DNA of 58,482 nucleotides, filler included, from Sphacelaria rigidula (lineage: Eukaryota), in the NCBI GenBank assembly GCA_964200075.2. It is 10 parts of 10 records of this genome, joined end to end, with 100 filler letters (N's around TTAATTAATTAA, not from the genome) between each part and the next. Parts side by side here need not be neighbours in the genome. Positions count along the whole stretch, not along the records: positions 35,151 to 40,908 come from CAXNAA020024674.1; positions 41,009 to 46,766 come from CAXNAA020024675.1; positions 46,867 to 52,624 come from CAXNAA020024676.1; 7 more parts are not named here. One strand, written 5' to 3'. This document shows, piece after piece, positions 36,666-48,903 of the stretch; the first letter of the stretch is position 1, and every line of letters starts with the position of its first letter. The translations under genes were made by a program, and so were the position numbers. Under the pieces are notes generated by a model. It had not been told where the DNA came from. It saw nothing but the letters and a program-made list of their open reading frames with translations, and did not search any database.

Positions 36666-39600
36666 TCAGCACTGGCCCGCCCAACTCCCTCCCCGAGTCG
36701 TACGTCTACTCTCTGGACCTTCCTTCCTGCTGCGCCACGTAATGGCATCCGGGCCAGTCGTCGGGAACTTCGCTTTTCTATCCCAAACCAGTTGGAGTAG
36801 GGATACATCCCCATCCCCGGGGGGGTAAAGGTACTGTCTTGATACAGCGTCCTCGAAGTCGGACGAGGACAGCTTACGTGTGCCCACCCTCTTTTGGGGC
36901 ATGGTCCAGTAAGGGGCGAAGATGTATGCCGTGGGAAACTCGTGTTCATCCTTTTGAATGCGGTCGCCGACGTACAGGTTGCGAACAAGTGGACGTTCAT
37001 GGCCCCTTGTGAAATCGTCTCGATCCACTGCCTCGCGCATGTCACAAATCACCGCTTTCCACAGGTCCACCTCCTCATCGAGGATCAATCCCCGGGAGAT
37101 CTTTGGGCGCGTATTTTTTATGACCTTTCGTATCTTCTCGGTAACACTGCGGTGCAAACGTTGGGATGCGGACGAAGAACACCGGCGTCATGAAGTATTT
37201 TGTGGCAGCTCGCGTTATGAAATGATTCATGCAGAAGAATAGAAGGTTTGGGAGATTCCTTGAGGGAAACTACATGGCGCCGACTCGGTTTCAGAAACCG
37301 GATGCGTTACATTTTTTCGGGGTGTCTCGGAGGACGGACACCGCTATATCCCACTACTTCATCCGTTCGTGCATGCATTGAGTGCGTAATTATGACGTTT
37401 GTCCGACACTTACATTGCCATAAAATTTGCGCACTGTAACACATCCTCACCCTTCACGAGGGTGCACGAGACTTGCACCAACCAAAGCGCCGCTAGAATC
37501 TATTGCGATATGATTGCCTGCCCTGCCATCTCTAACGAGGTCCATGACGGCCCCCTCGGCTTCTAACTGGGATGGTAGATAGGATTCACTCGAGTTATCA
37601 CCTTCATCAGTTGAAAACACGTCATCTTCCTCACGTCTTCTGTTGATGGAAACCGTAGCGTCTTTTCTCCTTCGGATCACCACCGCAGCCCGTCTCTTGA
37701 GCGCCTCCGTCCCCGCCGCGATCCCTGTCGGGGAACCCGCCTCCATCAGTTTCTTCTTGTCTTGTGCGGCGACTCTCCCCACACTGGCCGCACTGCCGGC
37801 ATTGTCGCGGTTGTTATCGCTATCCCCACGATCGGCACCATGGACTGCGATAGTGCCTTCGTCCGAGATATCAGGCCTCGGCGATTGTGCAGGAGGTGTG
37901 GACGATGACTTCTCATTCTGAGGGGCGGGGGACTGTCGGCGTTTGCCCTCCTTTCTCCGCTCAGGGTTGATTGAGCGTACGCCTGCGCCACTTCTCTTGC
38001 CAGCGGCATGTCTGCCCGCCGATCGGCTGCTGCCGGAACGCGCGAGGCTGATGTGGTCCTCTCCTCCTCCCCCCCCCATCTCGTGCCCTCTCCAGCCGGG
38101 TATTCCGTGCACCAACGGCATCGCTGCCCTCGGCGTTATCTATATCACGATTGTGAGACTTCACAGGCTCGTTGCCGTCGCCGGGGTCGGTATTTGGGGG
38201 AGGACGCGCCTTCCCTTTCCCCTTTTTTTGCTGCTTCATTTTTGAGGAGGTGAATAGGTTCCTGCCGGAGTATCAGACGACGTGAAGGCGGCGGTTATTG
38301 TGAGAATTCACCGTCGATTTAGAGCTCTCGAGGTGTGAGTGTCATTTTCGTCTGCATCGTGTACAGCTACCGTGCATACCACACCATACCCCGAATAACA
38401 AGTGCAATGAGTACAGGCGTATCATAAGCGCTCGTATATCCGCATCAACATCCGATTACGAAAAGAGGAACGCATCTGAACGATCGACATTTACCTCCCG
38501 AGGTCCGGAAGCATATAATAACGTTTGACGTGCCCATGTCGAGTGCCCATATCCAGGGGGGGGGGGGTGCGTACTCATTTGTTGCTTGCCTCGGTCTTTT
38601 GACCATTGACCACGCATCCCTTTCAAGACGGAGCACCTTTGCTACTCCTAGTAGAGACACCTCCAACATTCCCTCACAACGTTTCTTCCACAGCTTATTA
38701 CGTTTCTTCCACATACATTGCACAAAACCTTTTACGCATCTTATCCCCGTCCTGTTTCGCCGTCTCTGGCCACCATCTACTAGTATAGCCATCGTTTTCT
38801 CCGAACTGTCTAATGCATCAAACGATTTCATCCCACCTTCGTTCGCGTCCCGCATTTCTCCTTTTTCCATATCCAGGGGGGGGGAGGGTCAGTGGTGTTG
38901 CAAAGTGAACTCACCACTGGGTCTTGTTCGTCTTCATGCTAATGTGTATCGTACCATTGGACCCGCCCGTGACCTCCTCGAGCTCCTGGCAGAACTACCG
39001 GGGCATGGATATCATTGTTGGCGCGATGTCATCGTCGCTGCTCCAGGTTGCTGCGGAGCGCGCGTCGATGTTCACATCTGTGCAGAATTAGGATGAATAA
39101 CGTAAGGGGGTGAGCGTTGTATTTGTCGGATCTTGGAATGATTGTGTGCGGGTAATATTATGGCATGTAATGAAAGATCGCTGCCCAACGACGGATGAGC
39201 ATTACCGATCTGGACGTTCTGCGACAGCGCTTTGTGTGGGCGTGAGCATGCCGTCCTATATCTAATAGTTTATGAAGTTCGTGGGTATCGAGCGCACTCC
39301 CTTCTGGTTTCAGAAACTGGTCGACATTTCTCCACGATAAACACCATGTGGCAAACATAGGGGTAATGAGGATGGCAACCAAATGATGTGTAGAGAAGTA
39401 ATAATTTCCCACTTGATCCTTGGATACGAAGTGAGTATGGCTTTCCATGATGCTCATCACTCACAGCGCGACCATCCACACATGTAGCACATGCATCGTG
39501 TGTGGATGGTAAACACAATCTACCTGTTGCTTCTCAGTGTGAAATATCGACCGCTCGTGTCACGCACAAAACAACATACACACCCCGGTCGATTATCGTT

Positions 39601-39979
39601 CGTGGAGGGACCGCGCCAACTCACCGGGTAGGGCGGCTGCTGGCCCGCTGACAGGAGCAGCATCTACCTGCGTTGGTTGTGGGTCGGTAGTACAGGGGAA
39701 GACGACGCCCTTGACGTACTCCCTTTCCATATTGGACGGCAACTGTGGCCCATCGTCAGATATCCGATGCTTGGGCAGATCACTCACGAAAAGCTTCTGG
39801 AAGTCGAGGGTATCCTCGCACTTGAGATGATCGACGAAGGCTCGGAAATCGTCGCAGATCGTCACAGACTTCTCCGCCAGGTGTTGCGTAGGCAGTAACC
39901 CCAGAAGGGTAAATATCACGACGAGTTTACGCTGGATTGCTGCCTGCATGACCTCCATTTGTTTCATTGCTTCTGTCAC
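36666..39979 (-). pseudogene. Spliced multi-exon gene of unknown function, disrupted
   Basis: Exons 39979-39625, 39077-38915 and 38261-37451 have AG/GTGAG boundaries and compatible phases. There is an in-frame TAG at 38997-38995, a frameshift near the C-run at about 38070, and a further coding-like frame at 37157-36666. Confidence 0.65.
38560..38872 (-). mobile_element. LINE 3' end in an intron
   Basis: EMRDANEGGMKSFDALDSSEKTMAIL, same family as 54760-55300. Confidence 0.75.
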
Positions 39980-40118
39980 CTACTCGATAGTGCGAGGTGT
40001 GTAAGAGAAGGATAAAAAAAACATCCCGTCCAAAAGTTAGGTTATTTGAGCGGTGTGTGTGAGGTGGGCGAGGGTGAGTCATGTCACATACATCTCTCTC
40101 CCTGAGTCTTCGTGCAAT

Positions 40119-40669
40119 GATTCTGTGTATAAGGCTGGGGTGTCGATGGCACAATTCACATTCCGATCCTGCGAGTGGTGCAATGGTGCCGCGATACACC
40201 ATGCACCCTGCATCCTTCGTTTCAAGGGCTGGACAGACCGGTACATAGACATGATCACGTGGTATGCCGGGACGGTCATCATCTTCTGAGCTGGAGTGAT
40301 GCATACATCGAATTGTGATTATGAACCGAATCAGGCATGCAGTCCGGTTCCAGGAAGCAGGTCGTGTATATTGCACGTGCTGATAAAACTTTACAACGAC
40401 TCTGTGTATAAGGCTGGGATGGCGATGATACAATTCACATTCCGATCCTACGAGTGCTGTAGTGGTGCCGCGATACACCAAACCCTGCATCTTTCGTTTG
40501 GAGGGCTGGGCAGACCGGTACAAAGATATAGTCACACGGCGTGCCGAGACGATTATCATCTCCTCAGCTGGAGTGGTGCATACATCGAATTGTCACTATG
40601 AGCCTAATGAGGCACACAGTCTGGTGCCAGAAACCTGGTCGTATATATCGTACCTGCTGATAAAACTTC
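40119..40669. repeat. Tandem duplication with a period of about 279 bp
   Basis: GA(T/C)TCTGTGTATAAGGCTGGG at 40119 and 40398; both copies end in GCTGATAAAACTT. Confidence 0.9.
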
Positions 40670-41008
40670 GAACCCCGTTTATTTGGAGTGATCGGTTGTA
40701 ATCGTTTCTCGGGGTTTACGACTATTAATCACTTGAAAGTATAAGAGATGCGGAAAGTAGAAATAACTACAAAGGAAATGGTGTGTTTTCTTGGGATATC
40801 CAAGGGTCTGTCAAAAGAATGTTTCGGGGCACGTAGGCCCCAAAATCGAAAGATCGAGTTTTTGAGGAGGGGGGGGGGGGGGGGGCGGACTTTTTTTTTT
40901 TTTTCTTTNNNNNNNNNNNNNNNNNNNNNNNNNNNNNNNNNNNNNNNNNNNNTTAATTAATTAANNNNNNNNNNNNNNNNNNNNNNNNNNNNNNNNNNNN
41001 NNNNNNNN

Positions 41009-41075
41009 CTCGGAAGGGATGCGTGGTCAATGGTCGAACGACCAAGGCAAGCAACAAATGAGTACGCCCCCCCCC
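41009..41075 (+). mobile_element. LINE 3' terminus at a contig start
   Basis: GGAAGGGATGCGTGGTCAATGG...GCAAGCAACAAATGAGTACGCCCCCC matches the other LINE ends. Confidence 0.7.
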
Positions 41076-43271
41076 CCGACATAATCGCGGCGGAGGCTCA
41101 CGAGTTCTTTATGAGCTTCGTTTCGTGCTCGTAAGACACGGCCTAGAAGTAACGTCATGAAAATGTTGTGGATTTTCCATCTATCCGGTCTTGTATGATC
41201 GTGTCACTACCAAATCTATGTTGGTCTTTCTCACCGTCATACTTGGAAGTACATGTATTGTCCACGTCTCTTACTGCACGCACAACAAAATCTCCCCTTG
41301 CTTTTGCAAGACACGCGCGCACACATACACACACAAACCGCCCATCATCACCCGCCTATTTTCAGTAGATCTTGCACACGCGGCCATTTGACTACCCCCC
41401 AAAATGCCTTCGGGGAGGGATGCGCGGCCCTCCAGCGTCAAAACAATCATCCGAAGGCCTTCAGTGCCTCTGGAGGAAACCGAAAACTACCGCTCTGGAG
41501 GGCCGCGCATCCCACCGGAGGAATACGGGGGTAGCAAAATGCCTCCGGAGAAATATGCGGCCCTCCGCAGGCAGAAACCAGCCTCCGGAGACGTTTAACC
41601 CTTTTGGGACCGGGCCTCCAGAACGACCAACGAGGCTGGTCAGGAATGATGTGTCTGGCGTCTGCACGAAACAGTGGCGTGTTGCTGAAAATCCGCGTAT
41701 TTTAGGACCCCCACACGATCTTTGCAGTGGCATCACACTCGACAACAATCCCTGTGCTGGTCGTTCGGGTCTGGTCGATAATTTTCGCCTCGCCGTGATC
41801 GGGCAGGTCGCTCGAAGACTTATTTGTAATCATTTCACCAACACAGGGTCAACCCTGTGTTAGTGGGGTCCCGTCCCAAAAGCGTGAATACCTCTGGAGG
41901 GAACCAAAATCTACCCCTCTGGAGGCGTTTCATTCTTATGGAGGCGTTTCATTCTTCTGAAGGCGTTCAAACCCTCGGAAAGCTCAAACCCTCGGAAAGC
42001 TCGACAATTGACAGCTCTGGAGGAATTTCGGGGGTGGTAGCCAAATGGCCGCGTGTGTGCTCAAAAGTGTTGACAAAAAACGAAGCGACAATTTATTTAC
42101 ACGTGTGCGCGAAGCTGCGAACATGGACGCACCGCCAGCATTGTTACGGTTGTCACACTGCCTCGTACACGATAGGGGATTACAGCAGTTACACGAAAAA
42201 AACCCCAAAAAAACAGTATATATACATGTATATACATACAAGGTTCCCCTTCGGGAGGTGGGTACGGGTCTCCCGGGGGTGACGCACGTCGAAAATATAT
42301 GGTCAAGAGACGCTACTGTTGTATCTCAATGTACAGTATACAAAGCATCGCATGTGTGATCGGATGTCGTTCGGAAATGTGGGAATTCGGACGGAGGCCG
42401 ACGGCGGAACTGCCGGCGTAGGACAGGCATGTGTGGTATTTCCGAGGTGCTAGAGTGCGAAGTAGCTCTCGTGCCACAAAGACATGACAGCGGGAGGCAC
42501 CCCCGAAAAAATGGAATACGCGGAACATTCCTGGCATGTTCTTTGTATATCACTGTGGCTTCCACATCACGGGGCCTTTTTTTTTCAAACATGGTGAATG
42601 TTTTCGCGGCAAAACATTCCTGTGCTGCCGTCCTGAGTGCCTTGTTCAACTCGCCAACGGCCCATTGCACGGTCTCGTGTTTGCTGCTGACCTCGCAGGG
42701 CCCAGGCAATGTTCAATCGTTTTTAACCGCTTTGCTATCATGTTCTCGTGACATTGACGGCATAACCGGTGTGTTCGTGCTCACAAACGAACGGGAACGC
42801 GACAAAGAGATACACGCGGGAAAATATCCCCCCAAAAGTAAAATTCTGTTTGAAGATTCCCACGATCTTCAACAGGCTTTTTTGTGGTTGGAGTTCTTGT
42901 CTCAAGTTTTCCATGATCTTGGAGAGGCTTATGTAGTTCGGGATCGAAACCCCACGGAAAAGGGCCAGTTTGAGCGACTTTCGGTGGCCAAAAGACGCGC
43001 CACAGGTATCAAATGACACCCAAACCTGAACGGTAATGTAGCGCTGAGCCTTCTCAGTGTGCTTCACAAGAAAGCGCGTGAAAAAATACCTTGCCGCCAG
43101 ACAAAACTCGGTGAAAGTGGTGAAAAATGTGAAATGATACATGTACATATACATATTATATATGTATATATCCTGTCTGTTGTTGCGTACCAAAAAATAT
43201 TTGTATTACACGTGACGGTCGTGATGGCCTTCCTTGCTCTGCCCAACGTGACGACACCGCAGTAAGGAAGC

Positions 43272-43309
<38 letters not shown>

Positions 43310-44063
43310 CGTTTTGATACTTCCGAGGCAGTACACGCAAGTACACAAGGCTCCATCATTGGCAATAACTCGGGTCGGTTCACCTGCCTGGTTTCCGTTC
43401 ATTTCGGAAACACACAAGTAGCTTGGGTCTCCGATCAACAACCGGGCACCGACTGACTGTACCGCAGGGATAGCTAGATGCGAGAAAAAAGTCAACGAGT
43501 AAGACTACAGTGACCTCTTTGAACAGCAGTTTAAACAGTAGATCTATTTTGAGATCGGTCTCTGTTTGTATGCGACAGTTTCAATCACCGGCTTACTCGC
43601 TGTTACTACTCGCTGCGTATACACTGCAGTACGTAGCAATTAAGGTAGTCGGAGAGGTCCCACGCCGGGACTTTTTATATTCCAGTACAAGTAGGTCTCC
43701 TGTAGTTCAATCGGTCTTACACGAATCTTTCGCAGTGTAGGTGCCCTTCGTCGTGTAGATGTTCTGTTTCTCGCCCTCCTCTGCGGGCTGTTTGAGTTAA
43801 GGGTATGGGTGGTATGCTCTTTGCACTCTGTGACCACGGGTTCGAGAGATAGAGCTAATGTGACGGATACAACAACATGAATAATAAGAATAAAATTCAA
43901 ACCGACGAAAAACATTACAGTACAGTATGCCATCATGTGGCTTCATGAGCGTCAAATCCCCGACGACTCTCTCCTTCGACTCTTGTCCATGTCTCTGTTT
44001 CTGTCTCTATCTTTGTTTGTCCGTCTGTGTTATCTATCTCTCGTCAGTGTATACTTATCTCAC

Positions 44064-44217
44064 CCCGAAACGCTCCAGCACATTTCGCGCATCCAGCAGG
44101 CGCGCGTCAGTGCACACCAGAGGCGTTTCCAGCGTGAGGCGGTATTTGCATATCTCCACTTCTACGGCAGACACCAACGACTGCTCAATCCCACACTCCA
44201 CAACGACCTGCGCCGTC
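44064..44217 (-). CDS. Exon encoding the C-terminal half of an MRH domain (PRKCSH/GNPTG/OS-9-like)
   Basis: RTAQVVVECGIEQSLVSAVEVEICKYRLTLETPLVC fits the MRH pattern R...V...CG.....V.E...C.Y.....TP.vC. CAG acceptor; GTGAGA donor after 44064, or read-through to the stop at 44055. Confidence 0.75.
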
Positions 44218-44645
44218 CTGCATTTGCAGTCAAACGTAACCCGTTTGGTTCGTGTGTTCGTTCCCACGGGGAACACGAGGAATACGAGGAACACGAGGAA
44301 CACGGGGAACAGGCCGGGGGCGAGGGAGACAAGCGTATGAGACGTATGAGAAATTTCAGCCATGCACGGCAGGAATGTGTAGTCATTATCTTGCATGCCA
44401 TAGTCATGAGACTATAGACGTCGGATCCCTACAAAGCCGGGACGGAGCACGCCAGATTTTCACCGGACCAGGCTCGGGGGGGGGTGCTTTGGTTGTATGC
44501 CGAAACAAACAGACGAGGACAAATCGATTGCGCATTACTTCATTACTTCACTGGTTGTGAGCCACACAAACGGAAAAGCTGTATCACCGATGGAATCGAC
44601 ACATATTATTATGTGTGCTCACAGACACAGATGAAAACACCAAGG

Positions 44646-44876
44646 GCAGGTCAAGCAGGGTATACTCAATTACGGGGTATTTTAAAAGCCGTACCGTAAG
44701 TACTCAAATCGGGGTAGGGTGTCAGGAGTGGTACCCGAAAAAATAACTGGGTGTCAGGAGTGGTACCCGAAAAAATAACTGGAAAGCGACCCTTAAAACA
44801 CTACCCCAATTTGCGTACTTAAAGTACGACTTTCAAAATACCCCGCAAATGAGTACCCCCCTACTCGCGACCTGCT
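44646..44876. mobile_element. MITE with about 70-bp inverted arms and an internal tandem duplication
   Basis: GCAGGTC...TACTCAATTACGGGGTATTTTAAAAG pairs with CTTTCAAAATACCCCGCAAATGAGTA...GACCTGC; GGGTGTCAGGAGTGGTACCCGAAAAAATAACT occurs twice inside. Confidence 0.7.
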
Positions 44877-47222
44877 CTTGAAAGACACGCAAGACACACC
44901 GAGGACTAATTTCGCAAACATGGATGGCTCAATCGGTCTTGAACGCAACAACGACCCTCACGCGGTCGGACGCTTGATATTGATACCTATCAAAAAGGTC
45001 GACCAAAAAAAAAATGAAAAGGTAAACCTCTCCTTAAAAAAAAAAACACGATCCTATCCTACACCAGTAGAGCATCGCGGGTTCCTATTGACATGCTCCA
45101 CGAGGCACTTGATATTTTCAAAAGTCTCGGCAGTCAAACGTGTGTGTGTCATGGCAACGCACGGTCCAGATAAAAAAAGCGCGACACGCGCTGCATTTCG
45201 ATGCAGCTACCACTGCGGCAGAGCATCGCCAGGTAGAGCACAATTCCCGCACGGCATCGCACCGCCATTAATAACCAGAGGGGGAACAGCAAGAAGATTT
45301 ATTCACGAGTACTCCAGCATCACGGCTGCCCTTATTTTCTTCCAAACCATGCACAGCAGAACGAAGGTTATCCTGCACAAAGGGTGCCTCTACTCGTGTA
45401 TCATTTCATTGGGCCTGTGTAGAGCATGTTCTTTGTCTGGGTGCACCCACGGCTTATAGTGCTCCTTAGACCGACTTGTATGGCAGTCGCGAAAACGAAT
45501 CTGTACGCAGATCAGGGAACCTCAGACCCGGAAACGCTTCGTATGAAATCAATTTGGCCCAAATCGGGGAAGCTCAGATTCGTTTGTCACGATTTGAGAA
45601 CGGTGTTACACAAATCTGAGCCCAGATCCGTGGAAAATCGAGGTCCCCCGAAATTGTAGCAACTGACGTACGTATGTTGACGTACAATGATGGGGCAACA
45701 TGCGTTTGGCATTTTTGCAACAACAGCAGCAGGCAGTCTCGTGAAAGCACAGACAGTCCCCGCGAGCGCCGGCTGCTGGAGCAGCTCCGCACAGGGTTTG
45801 ACAAGCGGATAAGAAGTGTTGACGCTGTACCCTGCGGTGATGGCAAACTTTTATGCTGCACTGTGCTGCTGTATGTATCACCATAACGAACGGTACTGCA
45901 CTATCCTACACTCTGCTATCGCGGTTGCAGGGTGATGAATGACACTGAACTCGTGGACTCTTGCCGCACACCGTGCACTGTTATCGCAATACCGACTGTA
46001 CCACCATGTATTTACCACACGGCATTAGCGTGTACTGTGATTGTGCAGTATGCTTCACAACATTATACCCTAGGGTACCACGGTACGACGCTGCTCTTGA
46101 AGGATGACTCCCTCCCTGCCTATTCTTCGGCTTCACTGTGATACCACACCCGCCCAGAAAATCAGAACAATTTCAACAAACCTGCGAAGCCATGCAGGGG
46201 TACACACGAATCTGAGTTTCACGACTCTGGGTCCCCCTGATTTGGCACAGATTCGGGTCCCGCCAGATTCGGGATTGGCTGCCATACGAGTTGGTCTTAG
46301 TCGTTGGCGCAGCAGGGGAAATATCTGAAACTCTAGAATGGTTGGTACGTCCGCCACTCTCGTACTCTAAGTTCTACCTACTATTGACTGCACACGTATG
46401 TACGGTAAGAGTTACCTCTTTTGCTTGTTGTGGCAACGAGACCCCCCTTCGAAAACCATGGATGGGTGTTCGTCCTTGCCCTCCTTCGCACCCCAACCCT
46501 TCCACTTCCCGAGACTAAAACGGTCCTGCTTGGCTTCGTCGAATGGGCACAGGCTGTACAGGTAGCCCTACCGCACAACACACAGCACACAGCACATACG
46601 ACGCATAAACACGCCGTGTCAATCAAACCCGCCGAATGTCCCGCAATGGATGGAAGATGAATAAAGAAGACGAAAATGGACTTCACGACAACAATTTCCT
46701 CCATGTCGACAAAAAAAAACTGACAAGGCTACATAACGACAAATTCAGAAAATATGAATCTGGAGCNNNNNNNNNNNNNNNNNNNNNNNNNNNNNNNNNN
46801 NNNNNNNNNNTTAATTAATTAANNNNNNNNNNNNNNNNNNNNNNNNNNNNNNNNNNNNNNNNNNNNCGGGGAGCGGTGGATTCTCATTTCAAAATACCTT
46901 CTCATTTTTCTGGCAACCCTGTTTAATGCATGACCGCCTGGCATCGGAATAAATATTACTTATGGGAAGCTACTCGTACTACTGTACCGAGCTATTCACG
47001 CGGCCAGCGTGTGCTGCAGGTTGCGGCATGGGCGGACTCCTATGCGCCACGCTAGCAACAGTTAGGTCACCACCATAGAATAGGTATCTTTTTTCACTGC
47101 GCATGTCAAGAAGGTCTCTACAAGTGTTTGATCTCCCATACACCCCCCTCAACTGGCGTGTGGCACGCTCTTCTGTTCCGGCACCCGGTTAGGGGGAGGT
47201 CGGGGAAAATCAACGATTAATA

Positions 47223-47666
47223 AACACGGGATCTTTCAAATTGGGGATGGATCTGTTATTGGGGATGAGAAACCCGGAGGATGAAAATCTTCGTATCCAC
47301 ACCAAATCTTCGAAATATGGTTCTATTTCTTCACCTACTTATAGCTATTGACGACTGCAACACGCCATAGAAATTCGGATATCGATCACCGAAATTTTGG
47401 GGTCCCAAGTGAAAAAGCAATTTCGGAACCATTTTGGCGTCCGTTCAGACACCCGAAATTCCCCAAAATTGGTTTTTCACGTACGACCCCAACATTTCGG
47501 TGATCGATATCCAAATTTTTATGCCGTGTAGCAGCTGTCAATAGTTATCAGTGGGTGAAGAAATGGTACCATATTTCGGAGATTTGGTGTGGATACGAAG
47601 ATTTTAATTCTCGGGGTTTTTCATCCCCAAAAAAAAATCCATCCCCAATTTGTAAGATCCTGTGTT
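47223..47666. mobile_element. Foldback MITE with about 180-bp arms; one-arm relative at about 25965-26115
   Basis: 47223-47404 aligns with the reverse complement of 47485-47666; TAA-rich flanks. Confidence 0.85.
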
Positions 47667-47699
47667 AATGGCACCCCCTAAGTTCAAATTGGATCTATC

Positions 47700-48470
47700 T
47701 ATTATTGCCGCAGCACCGCCCTTGCTGGCATGTGTGTGACAGAGAACAGTAGTAGCGATGACGAGAACATTGTTGGAGAATTCACTCGGAGCCCCTTTGT
47801 CGTGGTCGCTAGAGTTGGCGCAATGGCGGATAAGCCAAGCAAGCAGGCAGGCTGCTTCGGAGTGTAGACAGAAGATAGTGTGCAAGGTGCCGCTTGTGGG
47901 CAAGACAATACAAACAACCCACCGGGGTACACGGTCAAGAGAAGAGTGCTTCATATATAACGGTTGCTATCCCACATTATACGCCCCCACATCAGACCAA
48001 ACCTTCGTGACCGGTACCTGCGATCCCAACACTACATATAGATACAATAAATCTGTAACATAAATATATAAGTTCAATATCATACGCAGCGTCGAAGAGC
48101 ATGGCTCCACAGCCTCATTTTCTAACACTCCCCCTCAACGCAAGTATAACTCTTAACCCTTCACACTCCCCCTTAATGCAAATACGTACTAGTTTCAAAC
48201 ACCCACATCAGTACAACCGTCCCGGCACTCAAGGACGAAATAACAACTCAAAGCTACAACCAGGCTGTACTCATATTTTGAATGTGCTGATCAGTTTGAC
48301 GAGATGGCAGTGCCTGTGTTTGCTGAGGTACTTGGTCCCTATGTCTGCGAGTTGATCTTCGGTCTTGACGTAACGAATGTCGATCCTTCCCACCTTGACT
48401 AATTCCTGAATGAAGAAGTACCGTAGAACTAGGGGCTTCATTCTCGAGCTGTAAGTTCGGTTTTCCAAGA
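47700..48470 (-). mobile_element. Ty1/copia 3' end: RNase H C-terminus, PPT and 3' LTR
   Basis: SSRMKPLVLRYFFIQELVKVGRIDIRYVKTEDQLADIGTK is a typical copia RNase H end. PPT TGAGGGGGAG (48137-48128) abuts TGTTAG at 48127; the far LTR end is approximate. Confidence 0.88.
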
Positions 48471-48792
48471 CAGTCTGAAGCTCTTTGCGATGCTGCCGCA
48501 GCGTCCGGTGACACAGTTCAAGATGTGAACGATACCGTCAAGTTCTCTGCCAACAGCTTCGACAGTTTCGACAGCGCCGGGAGTTCCCTGGGTGTCGGAA
48601 GTAGATGGCGAATATCGAGAACACGTTATTCGCGTTTCCGTCCTTAGTAAAGACCTGCGGCGCTCTGTTCAAGGCAGTTGACAGCTCGTTGTACCTGCAT
48701 CGATGCACACCGCCCCATGCTGTGCCAACTCAGGTGGTTGGACTCCCTGTGCGCGATGGTATTCCTTCCATCCCCCTTCGGGTGAGGCTTAC

Positions 48793-48903
48793 CTTTGGGG
48801 CCGGGGTGGGGTCAGCTTCGCATGGGTGGCTTGAGGAGAAATACATCCGAGATGCAACACAGTTCCGATTGTCATGATTGACAAAATCCCAACACATCGC
48901 ACA
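48793..48903 (-). pseudogene. CCHC zinc-knuckle exon, possibly from a degraded Mutator-like transposase
   Basis: CAG|CAMCWDFVNHDNRNC...PAPK|GTAAGC, 111 bp in phase 0. Confidence 0.4.
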
